The notes below the pieces were generated by a model. The model saw only the letters and a list, made by a program, of their open reading frames with translations, had not been told where the DNA came from and did not search any database. A stretch of 64,000 nt of DNA from Bacteroidetes bacterium GWB2_32_14. GTDB lineage: Bacteria; Bacteroidota; Bacteroidia; Bacteroidales; UBA12077. How positions within the stretch are numbered: position 1 is the stretch's first letter; every line of letters starts with the position of its first letter. The stretch spans positions 7,294 through 71,293 of the forward strand of contig MENK01000031.1 in the NCBI GenBank assembly GCA_001768235.1, read 5' to 3'. Of the stretch, positions 38,823-48,137 are shown piece after piece. Made by a program: the position numbers and the translations under genes.

Positions 38823-40166
38823 ATGTTTATGGGTATAAATCGTAACACAATTGAGAAATTCTCTTTAGGACACTCTCTATTAAGGCCGTATGTATGTTTC
38901 TTTTTTAGAATTTTTTTCCGTACAAAATCATATAATTATAAAAATGTACCTCAGGATGAGATTATTATCTTAGCATTAAATCACCAAAACACGTTAATGG
39001 ATGCACTTGCAATACTTGCAACAGTTAAAAAGCAACCGGTATTTATGGCAAGAGCAGATATATTTAATAAAAAAACCATTAGCAACCTGCTTACTTTTTT
39101 TAAGATTTTGCCCATTTACCGCATTCGCGACGGAAAAGAAAGCCTCAGGAATAACGATGCCATTTTTCTGAAAACAATTGATGTGTTAAAAAACAAGAAC
39201 GGTTTGGTTATTTTGCCGGAAGGCAGTCATTTAGGAATACGCAGGCTTCGTACATTAAAGAAAGGAATCTCCAGAATTGCATTACAAGCTGAGGAGTCGA
39301 ACGATTATAAACTGAATATAAAAATTATCCCCATTGGCCTCGATTATAGTAATTACATTAATTTCAGGAGTAAATTATTTGTACATTTTGGTGAAGCAAT
39401 AAATGTATCCGATTTTTACGAAGAATATAAAGAGAACCAGCCTCGCGGAATGAATCTCCTGCGTGAACGTGTTGAAGCCGAATTAAAAAAATACATGATT
39501 CATATTGAAAGCGATGAGTATTATGATATGATTGATTTCTTGCGAAAATTTTATCTCCCCGATTCAATTTTTAAATCAGGAAAACAACCTGCCCAATTAT
39601 ATGAAGAACAGAAAATAATTGCTTCGCTTAATCAATTTATTGAACAGAACCCTGATAAAGCATTCATTTTAAAAGAAAAAGTAACCCGGTTTAAATATCT
39701 TTTGTACAAATTAGATTTCAGGCTTTGGGTTACACGTAACCCTGCTTATTCGGTGTCAGGTATATTTCTACAATTAGTCTTTATGCTTGCTTTGTTACCT
39801 CTTCATATATATGGTACTCTTTTAAATTACATCCCATATAAAATCCCGGTTAAGCTAACTAAAAAAGTTAAAGATACTCAATTCCTTAGTTCATTTAGAT
39901 TTGTAATTGCATTGCTTTTATTCCCGGTTTACTACATCATAGTATTAATTATAGCTAGTTTTCTGGTCGAGCAGGCATGGTTAAAATTAGCCCTTTTAAT
40001 AAGCCTGCCCTTATCCGGGTTATTTGCATTTCATTATTCTATTGAAGCGAAAAAGTTGTGGGCAAGAATCCGTTATAATCTTATGACCTGGTCAAAAAAC
40101 AGAGAGCTTAACGAGCTTAAACTTCTCTTTAATGAAATTAAGGAATACGGGAAACAGATTTTTTAA
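38823..40166 (+). CDS. PlsC-like glycerolipid acyltransferase with C-terminal membrane domain
   Basis: NHQNTLMD (HX4D), FMARADIF, LPIYR..DG, ILPEGSH and IIPIGLDY motifs. Confidence 0.85.
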   Translation: MFMGINRNTIEKFSLGHSLLRPYVCFFFRIFFRTKSYNYKNVPQDEIIILALNHQNTLMDALAILATVKKQPVFMARADIFNKKTISNLLTFFKILPIYRIRDGKESLRNNDAIFLKTIDVLKNKNGLVILPEGSHLGIRRLRTLKKGISRIALQAEESNDYKLNIKIIPIGLDYSNYINFRSKLFVHFGEAINVSDFYEEYKENQPRGMNLLRERVEAELKKYMIHIESDEYYDMIDFLRKFYLPDSIFKSGKQPAQLYEEQKIIASLNQFIEQNPDKAFILKEKVTRFKYLLYKLDFRLWVTRNPAYSVSGIFLQLVFMLALLPLHIYGTLLNYIPYKIPVKLTKKVKDTQFLSSFRFVIALLLFPVYYIIVLIIASFLVEQAWLKLALLISLPLSGLFAFHYSIEAKKLWARIRYNLMTWSKNRELNELKLLFNEIKEYGKQIF

Positions 40167-40180
40167 AAAACCAACATTTT

Positions 40181-40786
40181 TTATTTGTATGAATATGCTT
40201 TTGCATATAAAATTATAAATGGTATTTCACCAAAAGCAACCTGGGTTTTTTTATCTGTAATTAAAATAATATCGGAATTAACATTTGCAGCCTGGCGCCT
40301 TAGTACAATAATTGCAGATCGTTCAAGCGATTTAAGGGTTGAATTTCCTTTTTCATTCCCATCGACCCGGGCTTCTAATTCTGTAATCTCAATTAATCCT
40401 TCAACATCTTTAGGTTCGTAAGTAACTTTTACTTTCCTGTAATCGCCAATATTCCTGATTTCTGTAGGTTTCTCATTTAGTATCTCTACTTTCCCTGATT
40501 TATATACAATTTTATGAACCAATCGCTGATCCATTTTATTCACTTTTGTTTCTCCGGGTAAAGAATAATATAAATCATTTATCTGGATTTTTTTAACATC
40601 CACAAGCATCGTGGTTCCATCGTGCTGGTATATTCTATCTGTTTTTGGAGCATTGTTTTCATTTTGAATTATTTCCACGTTTTCTGTTTGAATCGTGTTT
40701 GTATCAGAAGGATAAATAACCTGCGAAAATAGTATTGTGCAACTGAATACAATAAAAAGGCAGGTAATTAAGCATAATCGAATCAT
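40181..40786 (-). CDS. Hypothetical secreted two-domain protein
   Basis: Signal peptide from the ATG at 40786 (the ORF-track extension to 40822 runs over the promoter). DRIY..DG....V.V..I....LYY...V.KIVY.SG.VE is a domain I recognise from Bacteroidota hypotheticals. Confidence 0.7.
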   Translation of the reverse strand: MIRLCLITCLFIVFSCTILFSQVIYPSDTNTIQTENVEIIQNENNAPKTDRIYQHDGTTMLVDVKKIQINDLYYSLPGETKVNKMDQRLVHKIVYKSGKVEILNEKPTEIRNIGDYRKVKVTYEPKDVEGLIEITELEARVDGNEKGNSTLKSLERSAIIVLRRQAANVNSDIILITDKKTQVAFGEIPFIILYAKAYSYK

Positions 40787-40873
40787 ATATGTATATTTAT
40801 TTTGAACAATACAAAAATACAAGATAAATAAAAAAACACACGTATAGTTTTATTAAATTCTAAAATATTAATC

Positions 40874-40909
40874 AAAAAAAAAGACTGCTCAAACAATGAA
40901 CAGTCTTTT
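40874..40909 (-). terminator. Intrinsic terminator of the P-loop (ArcE-like) gene
   Basis: The minus-strand RNA reads AAAAGACUGUUCA-UUGUU-UGAGCAGUCUUUU: 13-bp stem with one G-U pair, ending in a U9 run. Confidence 0.85.
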
Positions 40910-40929
40910 GAGTAACCTTATAATTTAAA

Positions 40930-42273
40930 TTATTTTGCCAGTTTATGAGCTTTAACAAAATCATTAACGGCTTGTCTTAAATCTGGCTGGCCTATTTCCT
41001 GTAGATCGTATCCAACTTTAACGGTTGGTTTTTTAATTTTCACGATTCTGTTCAAATCAATCGGAGTAGCAATAACAACAACATCACATGGTGTTTTGTC
41101 GATTGTAGCTTCAAGGTCTTTCACTTGTTGGTCGCCATAACCCATAGCAGGAAGTAAAGTTCCAATGTTCGGATAAATTCTGAACGTTTCAGCTAATTTA
41201 CCAACAGCAAAAGGTCTTGGGTCAACTAATTCAGCTGCTCCACATTTTCTTGCAGCAACAGTACCAGCTCCAATTTTCATTTCCCCATGAGTTAAGGTTG
41301 GCCCGTCTTCAACCACCAATACTTTTTTACCTCTCACTAATTCCGGTTTATCAATTGTAAGTGGAGAAGCACCATCAACAACTATTGCTTTAGGATTTAC
41401 TTTTGCTATATTTTCACGAACTGTCTGAATATCTTTAGCATCAGCAGAATCCATTTTATTAATTACAACATAATCGGCTAAACGTAAAGTAGCTTCGCCA
41501 GGATAGTATGATAATTCGTGACCTGGGCGATGAGGATCAACAACAGTAACCATTAAATCCGGTTTGTAGAACGGGAAATCGTTATTTCCACCATCCCAAA
41601 GAATAACATCGCAACCATCAGGATCTTTTTCTGCAGCACGAACAATAGCTTCATAATCAACACCTGCATAAATCACATTGCCCCTGACTACATGTGGTTC
41701 GTATTCTTCCATTTCTTCAATGGTGCATTTGTGTTTAGCTAAATCTTCAACTTTGGCAAAACGTTGAACTTTTTGAGCAACTAAATCACCATAAGGCATT
41801 GGGTGACGAATGGCAACTACTTTAAGCCCTTTTTCCATTAATAACTCGATAATTCTACGTGATGTTTGTGATTTACCACAACCTGTACGAACAGCGCCAA
41901 CAGCAATAACTGGTTTGGTGCTTTTAATCATGGTTTTACCCGGGCCTAATAAAACAAAATTAGCACCAGCAGCATTTACCAATGCACTAATATTCATTAC
42001 TACCTGGTAAGGTACATCGCTGTATGAAAATACACAATCTTCAACTTTTAGTTCGTTTATTAATCGTGGCAATTCGTCCTGGGCAAAAATTGGAATACCT
42101 GCAGGATACAACTTACCTGCTAATTCTGCAGGATATTTTCTTCCGTAAATATCTGGAATTTGAGCAGCAGTAAAAGCAACAACATTATAATCTGCATTGT
42201 CTCTGTAGTACGTGTTAAAATTGTGGAAATCTCTTCCAGCGGCTCCGATAATGAGTACATTTTTCTTAGCCAT
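40930..42273 (-). CDS. COG2403-type P-loop enzyme, usually annotated cyclic 2,3-diphosphoglycerate synthetase-like GTPase; candidate arginine synthetase (ArcE-type)
   Basis: N-terminal GAAGRDFHNFN..FTAAQIP..GRKYP.ELAG.LYP.GIPI, Walker A RTGCGKSQ, IRHPMPYGDL, EEMEEYEPH, WDGGNND, EDGPTLTHG and LPAMGY motifs. Confidence 0.75.
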   Translation of the reverse strand: MAKKNVLIIGAAGRDFHNFNTYYRDNADYNVVAFTAAQIPDIYGRKYPAELAGKLYPAGIPIFAQDELPRLINELKVEDCVFSYSDVPYQVVMNISALVNAAGANFVLLGPGKTMIKSTKPVIAVGAVRTGCGKSQTSRRIIELLMEKGLKVVAIRHPMPYGDLVAQKVQRFAKVEDLAKHKCTIEEMEEYEPHVVRGNVIYAGVDYEAIVRAAEKDPDGCDVILWDGGNNDFPFYKPDLMVTVVDPHRPGHELSYYPGEATLRLADYVVINKMDSADAKDIQTVRENIAKVNPKAIVVDGASPLTIDKPELVRGKKVLVVEDGPTLTHGEMKIGAGTVAARKCGAAELVDPRPFAVGKLAETFRIYPNIGTLLPAMGYGDQQVKDLEATIDKTPCDVVVIATPIDLNRIVKIKKPTVKVGYDLQEIGQPDLRQAVNDFVKAHKLAK

Positions 42274-42287
42274 AAATCCTCCTTTTT
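42274..42287 (-). promoter_or_regulatory. Strong Shine-Dalgarno (AAAAAGGAGGATTT-ATG)
   Basis: + strand AAATCCTCCTTTTT immediately after CAT at 42271-42273. Confidence 0.75.
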
Positions 42288-42312
42288 AGTTAGTTGTTTA
42301 TTTTTAATGCAA

Positions 42313-42320
42313 CAAAGTTA
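42313..42320 (-). promoter_or_regulatory. -7 promoter element (TAACTTTG) of the ArcE-like gene
   Basis: CAAAGTTA on the + strand, 39 bp from the start codon. Confidence 0.6.
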
Positions 42321-42567
42321 ATTTTTAAAGCGAAAAATCATAATTGTTATCAAATTAAGTTTTTACACCAAATCCCGAATAATCATCTAATATTGTGATA
42401 ATTACTGTAATTGTTGTAGTTTTAAAAAAAATATGTTAAGAAACATGAATATGAAATTGTTTTTTTATTCAGGGATTTAAAATTTTGAGAAAACATGACT
42501 TAATTTAGTGAGAAATAACAAATGAACATTCGAAAAGAATTTATATATTTACTTATAGCCAATAAAA

Positions 42568-43164
42568 ATGAACTTTTTAGCCCATATTTATCTTTCCGGT
42601 GATGATGATCAAATTAAGATCGGTAATTTTATTGGCGACTATGTAAAGGGCAATGCGTTCGGCATGTATCCCGATAATATTCAAAAAGGAATACGGTTAC
42701 ACAGGAACATCGATTCATTTACAGACCGAAACAGAACTGCTGTAAAAGCAAAAGAACTTTTTTACATTCAGTATCATAAATACGCGGGTATTGTAATTGA
42801 CATTATTTATGACCATTATCTTGCTGCAAATTGGGACAGGTTTTCAAAAATTCCTCTTGAAAATTACGTGTCCGATTTTTATAACCTCATGCTCAAGTAC
42901 GAGTTTATGATGCCATCCGAAGTTCAGGTTTTTATCCCAAAGCTTATTGAAAATAACCGTTTGTATTCTTACAGAACCATCGATGGTATAGAGTCTGTGT
43001 TAAGCACCATGTCTAAATTTACTTCGTTGCCCGACTACTCTGAGTTTGCAATTTTAACATTAAAAGAAAACTATACTTTTTTAGAAGAAAATTTCTTTAC
43101 CTTTTTTTCCGAGATACTTTACCACATGAGTACAGTACACAATATCAGTTACGATAATTTATAA
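42568..43164 (+). CDS. acpH: Acyl carrier protein phosphodiesterase
   Basis: MNFLAHIYLSG, GNFIGDYVKG, GIRLHRNIDSFTD and DIIYDHYLA motifs. Confidence 0.9.
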   Translation: MNFLAHIYLSGDDDQIKIGNFIGDYVKGNAFGMYPDNIQKGIRLHRNIDSFTDRNRTAVKAKELFYIQYHKYAGIVIDIIYDHYLAANWDRFSKIPLENYVSDFYNLMLKYEFMMPSEVQVFIPKLIENNRLYSYRTIDGIESVLSTMSKFTSLPDYSEFAILTLKENYTFLEENFFTFFSEILYHMSTVHNISYDNL

Positions 43165-43286
43165 AAGTATTTTAAACACGGGTTTATTATTTAAAAGCAA
43201 ATAAAATAACCACTAAATAATAACTATACAGCCAGTTTATCCATTGATGTTTCACCTATTTTAACGCTATTGATTCAAAAATCCCT

Positions 43287-43294
43287 TATATTTG
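43287..43294 (+). promoter_or_regulatory. -7 promoter element (TATATTTG) of the TerC-family gene
   Basis: TAnnTTTG 43 bp upstream of the ATG. Confidence 0.6.
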
Positions 43295-43337
43295 CCCCAT
43301 GTAATTATTGCAATCCACTTAATTTAAAAGATACACG

Positions 43338-44300
43338 ATGATTTGGATATTATTTATACTTTTAATTATAGTACTTCTATTCCTTGATTTGGGTGTTTTT
43401 CATAAAAACGCCCATACCGTATCAATGAAAGAATCTCTTATCTGGACAATGATATGGATAATTGCAGCCTTACTCTTTGGTGTCGGGTTGTTTTATATCT
43501 ATAAATTCAACTGGTTTAACATCAATCCGGGAAATAATCTTCCAGGCGACTCCATGCTAAGTTATTTTACAGGATATATTATTGAAAAGTCATTAAGCCT
43601 GGATAATATCTTTGTTATAGCAATGATTTTTTCATATTTTAAAATCGAGTCGAAATACCAGCATAATATTCTGTTTTGGGGAATACTAGGAGCAATTATA
43701 TTCAGGGGGATAATGATACTTCTCGGGGTTTCATTTATTGAGAAGTTTCACTGGTCAACATACGTTCTTGGCGCAATTCTTATTTTTTCTGCTATTCAGA
43801 TGATGACAACCCGGCACGACAATGTGGATTATTACAAAAATCCAATGCTTAGGATATTATCGAAGATATACCCCATAAAATGGGAAAACCGATCTTCAAA
43901 ATATTTTATTAAAGAAAACGGGAAAATTTATTTTACTGCATCATTTGCAACTCTTGTAGTTATCGAGTTTACTGACATTCTATTTGCTGTTGATTCAATT
44001 CCTGCAATACTTGCAGTAACCACTGATTCATTTATTGTTTTTACATCAAACATATTTGCTATATTGGGTTTAAGAAATCTTTACTTCTTCCTGGCAAACA
44101 TGATGGACAGATTTAAATACGTAAAGTACAGTTTGGTATTTATTTTAATATTTGTCGGTATAAAAATGATACTTGTAAACCACTTTAAGTTTCCACCTTA
44201 CGTATCCCTTATTTTCATCCTGGGCGCACTTTCAATTGGGATATTAACATCGTTAATGTCGGGAAAAGAAGATTCTGTAAAAATGGATAATCCTGTTTAA
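43338..44300 (+). CDS. TerC/Alx-family membrane protein
   Basis: LDLGVFH, GYIIEKSLSLDNIFV, LFWGILGAIIFRG, IEFTDILFAVDSIPAI and SNIFAILGLRNLYF motifs. Confidence 0.93.
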   Translation: MIWILFILLIIVLLFLDLGVFHKNAHTVSMKESLIWTMIWIIAALLFGVGLFYIYKFNWFNINPGNNLPGDSMLSYFTGYIIEKSLSLDNIFVIAMIFSYFKIESKYQHNILFWGILGAIIFRGIMILLGVSFIEKFHWSTYVLGAILIFSAIQMMTTRHDNVDYYKNPMLRILSKIYPIKWENRSSKYFIKENGKIYFTASFATLVVIEFTDILFAVDSIPAILAVTTDSFIVFTSNIFAILGLRNLYFFLANMMDRFKYVKYSLVFILIFVGIKMILVNHFKFPPYVSLIFILGALSIGILTSLMSGKEDSVKMDNPV

Positions 44301-44347
44301 AGATTTGAAAACACACGATGGTTCTAACAAACCGTTCAATACTTCTT

Positions 44348-45772
44348 TTATTTCACAGTTTCCAGCCTGTTGGCATCGAGCCTGAGAAGTATAAACAATA
44401 AAATAGTAAACGCCCAAAGAGATGAGCCCCCGTAACTAAAAAAAGGCAGTGGTATTCCTATTACAGGCATCAACCCAATCGTCATACCAATATTTATAAT
44501 TATATGGAAGAATAGAACAGCAACAACACCATACCCGTACATGCGACTAAATGATGATTTTTGCCGTTCGGCAATATAGACTAGCCTTAACAAGAGAGCA
44601 ATAAACAGGGATGTTACAAAAAATGTTCCCATAAATCCCCATTCCTCGCCTATTGTACAAAAAATAAAATCGGTACTTTGTTCAGGAACAAAATCGAATT
44701 TTGTCTGAGTACCTCGCAAAAATCCTTTCCCTGAAAATCCCCCTGAGCCAATAGCAATTTTTGATTGATTTACATTATAACCTATTCCCAGGGGATCGGA
44801 TTCCAGTCCAAGCAAGGTATTTATTCGCTTTTGCTGGTGATGTTCAAGAATCTGGTGAAAAACATAATCGACTGAAAATGCAAACATGATTGAACCAAAC
44901 AAAAACAATATGAGTATAAAAACATGTTTTATTTTATGCTTAAAAGCGAGATACACATAAATAATGCTGGACAATGCTATTGCAAGCAGAATAATGTAAT
45001 ATTTTAAGATTTTCAACCCGAGGAAATAATCAATACCCCAAAACATTGCAGATGAAAAAACAAAAATTAAAACGGCCATTGCAAATTGCTTAAATTTTCG
45101 GGTTAATATCCAAAAAACAATTAACGCAACTATTACTGCAATTGCTATTAATGTTATTTTTTCAAGTACCAACGCAAGAATAAATAAGATAACAATTAAA
45201 ATACCAAGAAGAAAAACACTGCCAGATAATCCCTCTCGAAACAAAACCAAAGCAAAAGCAAAGTAAACCAAGGCAGACCCCGTGTCATTCTGCAGTAATA
45301 TTAAAAAAGCCGGAAGAAACAAGATTAATCCAATTCGCAAATAGGATTTGAAGGAGTTTATTTGAACATTAAAAGAACTTAAATACCTTGCCAGGGCTAA
45401 TGCAGTTGCTATTTTTGCAAATTCTGATGGTTGAATTCTTATATTCCCTATTTCGAACCACGATTTTGCTCCATGAACTTCTTTTCCAAAAATAAGTACA
45501 GCTAACAAAATAAATATCATTACCCCATAAATAAAATAGGCAAAAAAGGTATAGTAGCGAATATCAATTGTAAAAACAACAAGAATGAGCAAAAAAGCAG
45601 CAAAAATCCAGATCATCTGTTTACCATATCGCTGCGAGAAGTCGAAAATACTTTGGTGATCTTCGTTGTAAACAGCAGCATAAATATTTATCCACCCGAG
45701 TAAAACAAGTAATAAATAAATGAAAACTGTTGTCCAGTCGATATTATTCCAAATGTTGGCTCTTCTTTGCAT
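44348..45772 (-). CDS. rodA: Rod shape-determining SEDS protein RodA
   Basis: GAKSW, IQPSEFAK, QNDTGSA, GYNVNQSKIAIGSGG, PEQSTDFIF and LPFFSYGGSS motifs. Confidence 0.96.
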   Translation of the reverse strand: MQRRANIWNNIDWTTVFIYLLLVLLGWINIYAAVYNEDHQSIFDFSQRYGKQMIWIFAAFLLILVVFTIDIRYYTFFAYFIYGVMIFILLAVLIFGKEVHGAKSWFEIGNIRIQPSEFAKIATALALARYLSSFNVQINSFKSYLRIGLILFLPAFLILLQNDTGSALVYFAFALVLFREGLSGSVFLLGILIVILFILALVLEKITLIAIAVIVALIVFWILTRKFKQFAMAVLIFVFSSAMFWGIDYFLGLKILKYYIILLAIALSSIIYVYLAFKHKIKHVFILILFLFGSIMFAFSVDYVFHQILEHHQQKRINTLLGLESDPLGIGYNVNQSKIAIGSGGFSGKGFLRGTQTKFDFVPEQSTDFIFCTIGEEWGFMGTFFVTSLFIALLLRLVYIAERQKSSFSRMYGYGVVAVLFFHIIINIGMTIGLMPVIGIPLPFFSYGGSSLWAFTILLFILLRLDANRLETVK

Positions 45773-47597
45773 TTTTAGTAATTAAATCGCTATTTAAAAT
45801 ATATTCTTCCCAATAGGGTTGTGAAATAGAGTCGTTTAAATATTTTTCTATCATTAGCCTGGCCAAAGGAGCAGCCCATGTGCCTCCAAATCCCCCGTTT
45901 TCAATATATACCGATATGGCTATTTGGGGATTATCTTTAGGAGCAAAAGCAATAAATATGGAATGATCCTCGCCATGCGGGTTTTGGGCTGTTCCGGTTT
46001 TCCCGCAGACAATAATGTTCTGAATTTGCGCCGTTCTTGCTGTACTTCCACTTCCGGCCTCACCATTAACTGCAAGCTCCATACCTTTTATAACCGGCTC
46101 AAAGTAAACGGAATCTATTGATGTATAATTTCTTTTATAAAAACGCGCATCAAGATTAAAATCTCCTTCAATTTCTTTAACAATATGAGGTATGTAATAA
46201 TAGCCCCGATTGGCAATAGTAGCTGTCATGTTGGCCATTTGCAAAGGGGTTGTTCCGAGCTCGCCCTGCCCTATTGCCAGAGAAATAATATTTAATGATT
46301 TCCAGTTTTCTGTCCGGTAAACTTTGTCGTAATATTCTTTTGTGGGAATCAACCCATTTAATTCATTTATTAAATCGCTATTCAGCGCTTTGCCAAATCC
46401 AAAAGAAACAACATGATTCCGCCAGCTCTCGTATGCATCACGAACAGAAGGGTAGTTTCTGTTATCAAGAATACTGCGAAAAACATTGCAATAGTATGTA
46501 TTGCATGAAATCTGTATTGATTGCGGTAGATTTAATGGAGAACTATGAGAATGGCAGCCTAACCTAAACCTTCCGGCAAAATATGCCCCGGAACAGCTAT
46601 ATGTAGTATATGGGTTTAAGACTTTTTCCTTTTGCCCGACTAAAGCATTCATAATTTTAAATGTTGAACCCGGGGGATACTGTGCCATTACAGCCCTGTT
46701 AAACAAAGGTTTTAGAGAATCAATGTTTAAATCATTATAGTTTTTTGCCCGTGCACGGCCAACGAGTAATTCCGGATTATATCCAGGTGCTGAAACAAGT
46801 GCAAGAATCTCTCCGGTTGATGGTTCAATGGCAACAATACTACCCGACTTATTCTGCATCAGTTTTTCACCATATTTTTGAAGATTGATATCAATGGTTG
46901 AAATTACATTGGCTCCTACTTCCGCTTTAACATCGAATTTGCCATTGTTATACGATCCTTTAATCCTGTTATGAACATCGACTAAATAAATATTTACTCC
47001 TTTTTTGCCTCTCAGGTAATCTTCGTAAGATTGTTCTATTCCACTAATCCCAATATAATCGCCCTGATTATAATACGTGTTGCTTTCAATTATTTTATCA
47101 TTTACTTCACCAACGTATCCAATAACATGTGCAGCATTTTCGTAAGTATATTTTCGAAGTGTCCTGGGTTGAACAAAAAACCCGGGAAATTTGAACATTA
47201 CTTCCTGAAACCTGGCATACGTAACTGATGAAACCTGTTTTAGAAAAATTGAAGGCTTATATAATGAGTATTCTTTTGCACTTTTTATATTTTCATCGAT
47301 ATACTCTTTTGTAATTTCAAGAATTGAACAAAACTCGGTGGTATCAAAAGCATCCAACTGCATCGGGTTAACCATTATATCATAGGCTGCCTGGTTAAAA
47401 ACCAGCAGATTCCCATTTCTGTCGAATATTAATCCCCTGGCAGGGTATTGGGTTTCGTATCTTAAAACATTATTGCTTGCAGTGAGTTTATATGAACTGT
47501 CAACCACTTGTAATATAAACAATCTGATTATATATATCAATCCGATAAGTACAATCAGAACCCGAATAATATTTTTCCTGCCTGCAAATGAGTCCAC
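45744..47597 (-). CDS. mrdA: Penicillin-binding protein 2
   Basis: RGLIFDRNG, YPPGSTFK (SxxK), SCN (SxN) and KTGTAQN (KTG) motifs; within the mre operon. Confidence 0.96.
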   Translation of the reverse strand: MDSFAGRKNIIRVLIVLIGLIYIIRLFILQVVDSSYKLTASNNVLRYETQYPARGLIFDRNGNLLVFNQAAYDIMVNPMQLDAFDTTEFCSILEITKEYIDENIKSAKEYSLYKPSIFLKQVSSVTYARFQEVMFKFPGFFVQPRTLRKYTYENAAHVIGYVGEVNDKIIESNTYYNQGDYIGISGIEQSYEDYLRGKKGVNIYLVDVHNRIKGSYNNGKFDVKAEVGANVISTIDINLQKYGEKLMQNKSGSIVAIEPSTGEILALVSAPGYNPELLVGRARAKNYNDLNIDSLKPLFNRAVMAQYPPGSTFKIMNALVGQKEKVLNPYTTYSCSGAYFAGRFRLGCHSHSSPLNLPQSIQISCNTYYCNVFRSILDNRNYPSVRDAYESWRNHVVSFGFGKALNSDLINELNGLIPTKEYYDKVYRTENWKSLNIISLAIGQGELGTTPLQMANMTATIANRGYYYIPHIVKEIEGDFNLDARFYKRNYTSIDSVYFEPVIKGMELAVNGEAGSGSTARTAQIQNIIVCGKTGTAQNPHGEDHSIFIAFAPKDNPQIAISVYIENGGFGGTWAAPLARLMIEKYLNDSISQPYWEEYILNSDLITKNAKKSQHLE

Positions 47598-47620
47598 TGT
47601 AAAACCTGGTTATGTAAGAT

Positions 47621-48136
47621 TTATCTTCGTTTTTGTTTCCTGTAAAAATATTGTGCAACAACAATCAGGAAAAAGCTAAAAATAGTACTTAATATAATCC
47701 TCAACAAAGTCGAGAAAAAGTCTGAAAACCGAAACACTTCAACAAAAAACAAAAAAGTATGATGTGCAAAGATTAACAATAAAGAGTATTTTAAAAACCA
47801 ATTTATTCCATAATAACTTACTGTTGGATATGTTTCTGATTCGTAGCCTTCGCGGGGAGCTATAATTTTAAGGATAAATGGCCTTAAAAAAGCCATAAAT
47901 ACACATGCAGAACTATGCATTCCTAATGTATTCGAAAATAAATCAATTGTAATTCCCAGGAAAAATCCAATAAATAATAAAAACCATTTAGGGATATCAA
48001 AAGGAAGAATTAATATGAACAAAATATATACATAAGGATTAATAAACCCGCCTAACTGAATATTATTAAATATTAGTATTTGTAAGGTAATAAGAACTAC
48101 AAAATTTACCAGGTATCGGGGAATATCTTTTATCAT
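47621..48136 (-). CDS. mreD: Rod shape-determining protein MreD
   Basis: Five TM helices, INPYVYILFILILP and DLFSNTLGMH motifs; position between mreC and mrdA. Confidence 0.9.
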   Translation of the reverse strand: MIKDIPRYLVNFVVLITLQILIFNNIQLGGFINPYVYILFILILPFDIPKWFLLFIGFFLGITIDLFSNTLGMHSSACVFMAFLRPFILKIIAPREGYESETYPTVSYYGINWFLKYSLLLIFAHHTFLFFVEVFRFSDFFSTLLRIILSTIFSFFLIVVAQYFYRKQKRR

Positions 48137-48137
48137 A

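Noticed and set aside
40930-42273. Cyclic 2,3-diphosphoglycerate (thermoprotectant) synthesis
   Set aside because: No 2-phosphoglycerate kinase is adjacent, and the N-terminal motif differs from the characterised methanogen enzyme as I remember it.
43165-43337. yybP-ykoY (Mn2+) riboswitch expected upstream of a TerC/Alx gene
   Set aside because: The putative -7 box leaves a leader of only about 40 nt, with no GC-rich stems or riboswitch consensus.
45744-45772. 29-bp mrdA/rodA overlap and other short overlaps (54352-54355, 17074-17087)
   Set aside because: Ordinary translational coupling or compact convergent ends; no sign of a frameshift.
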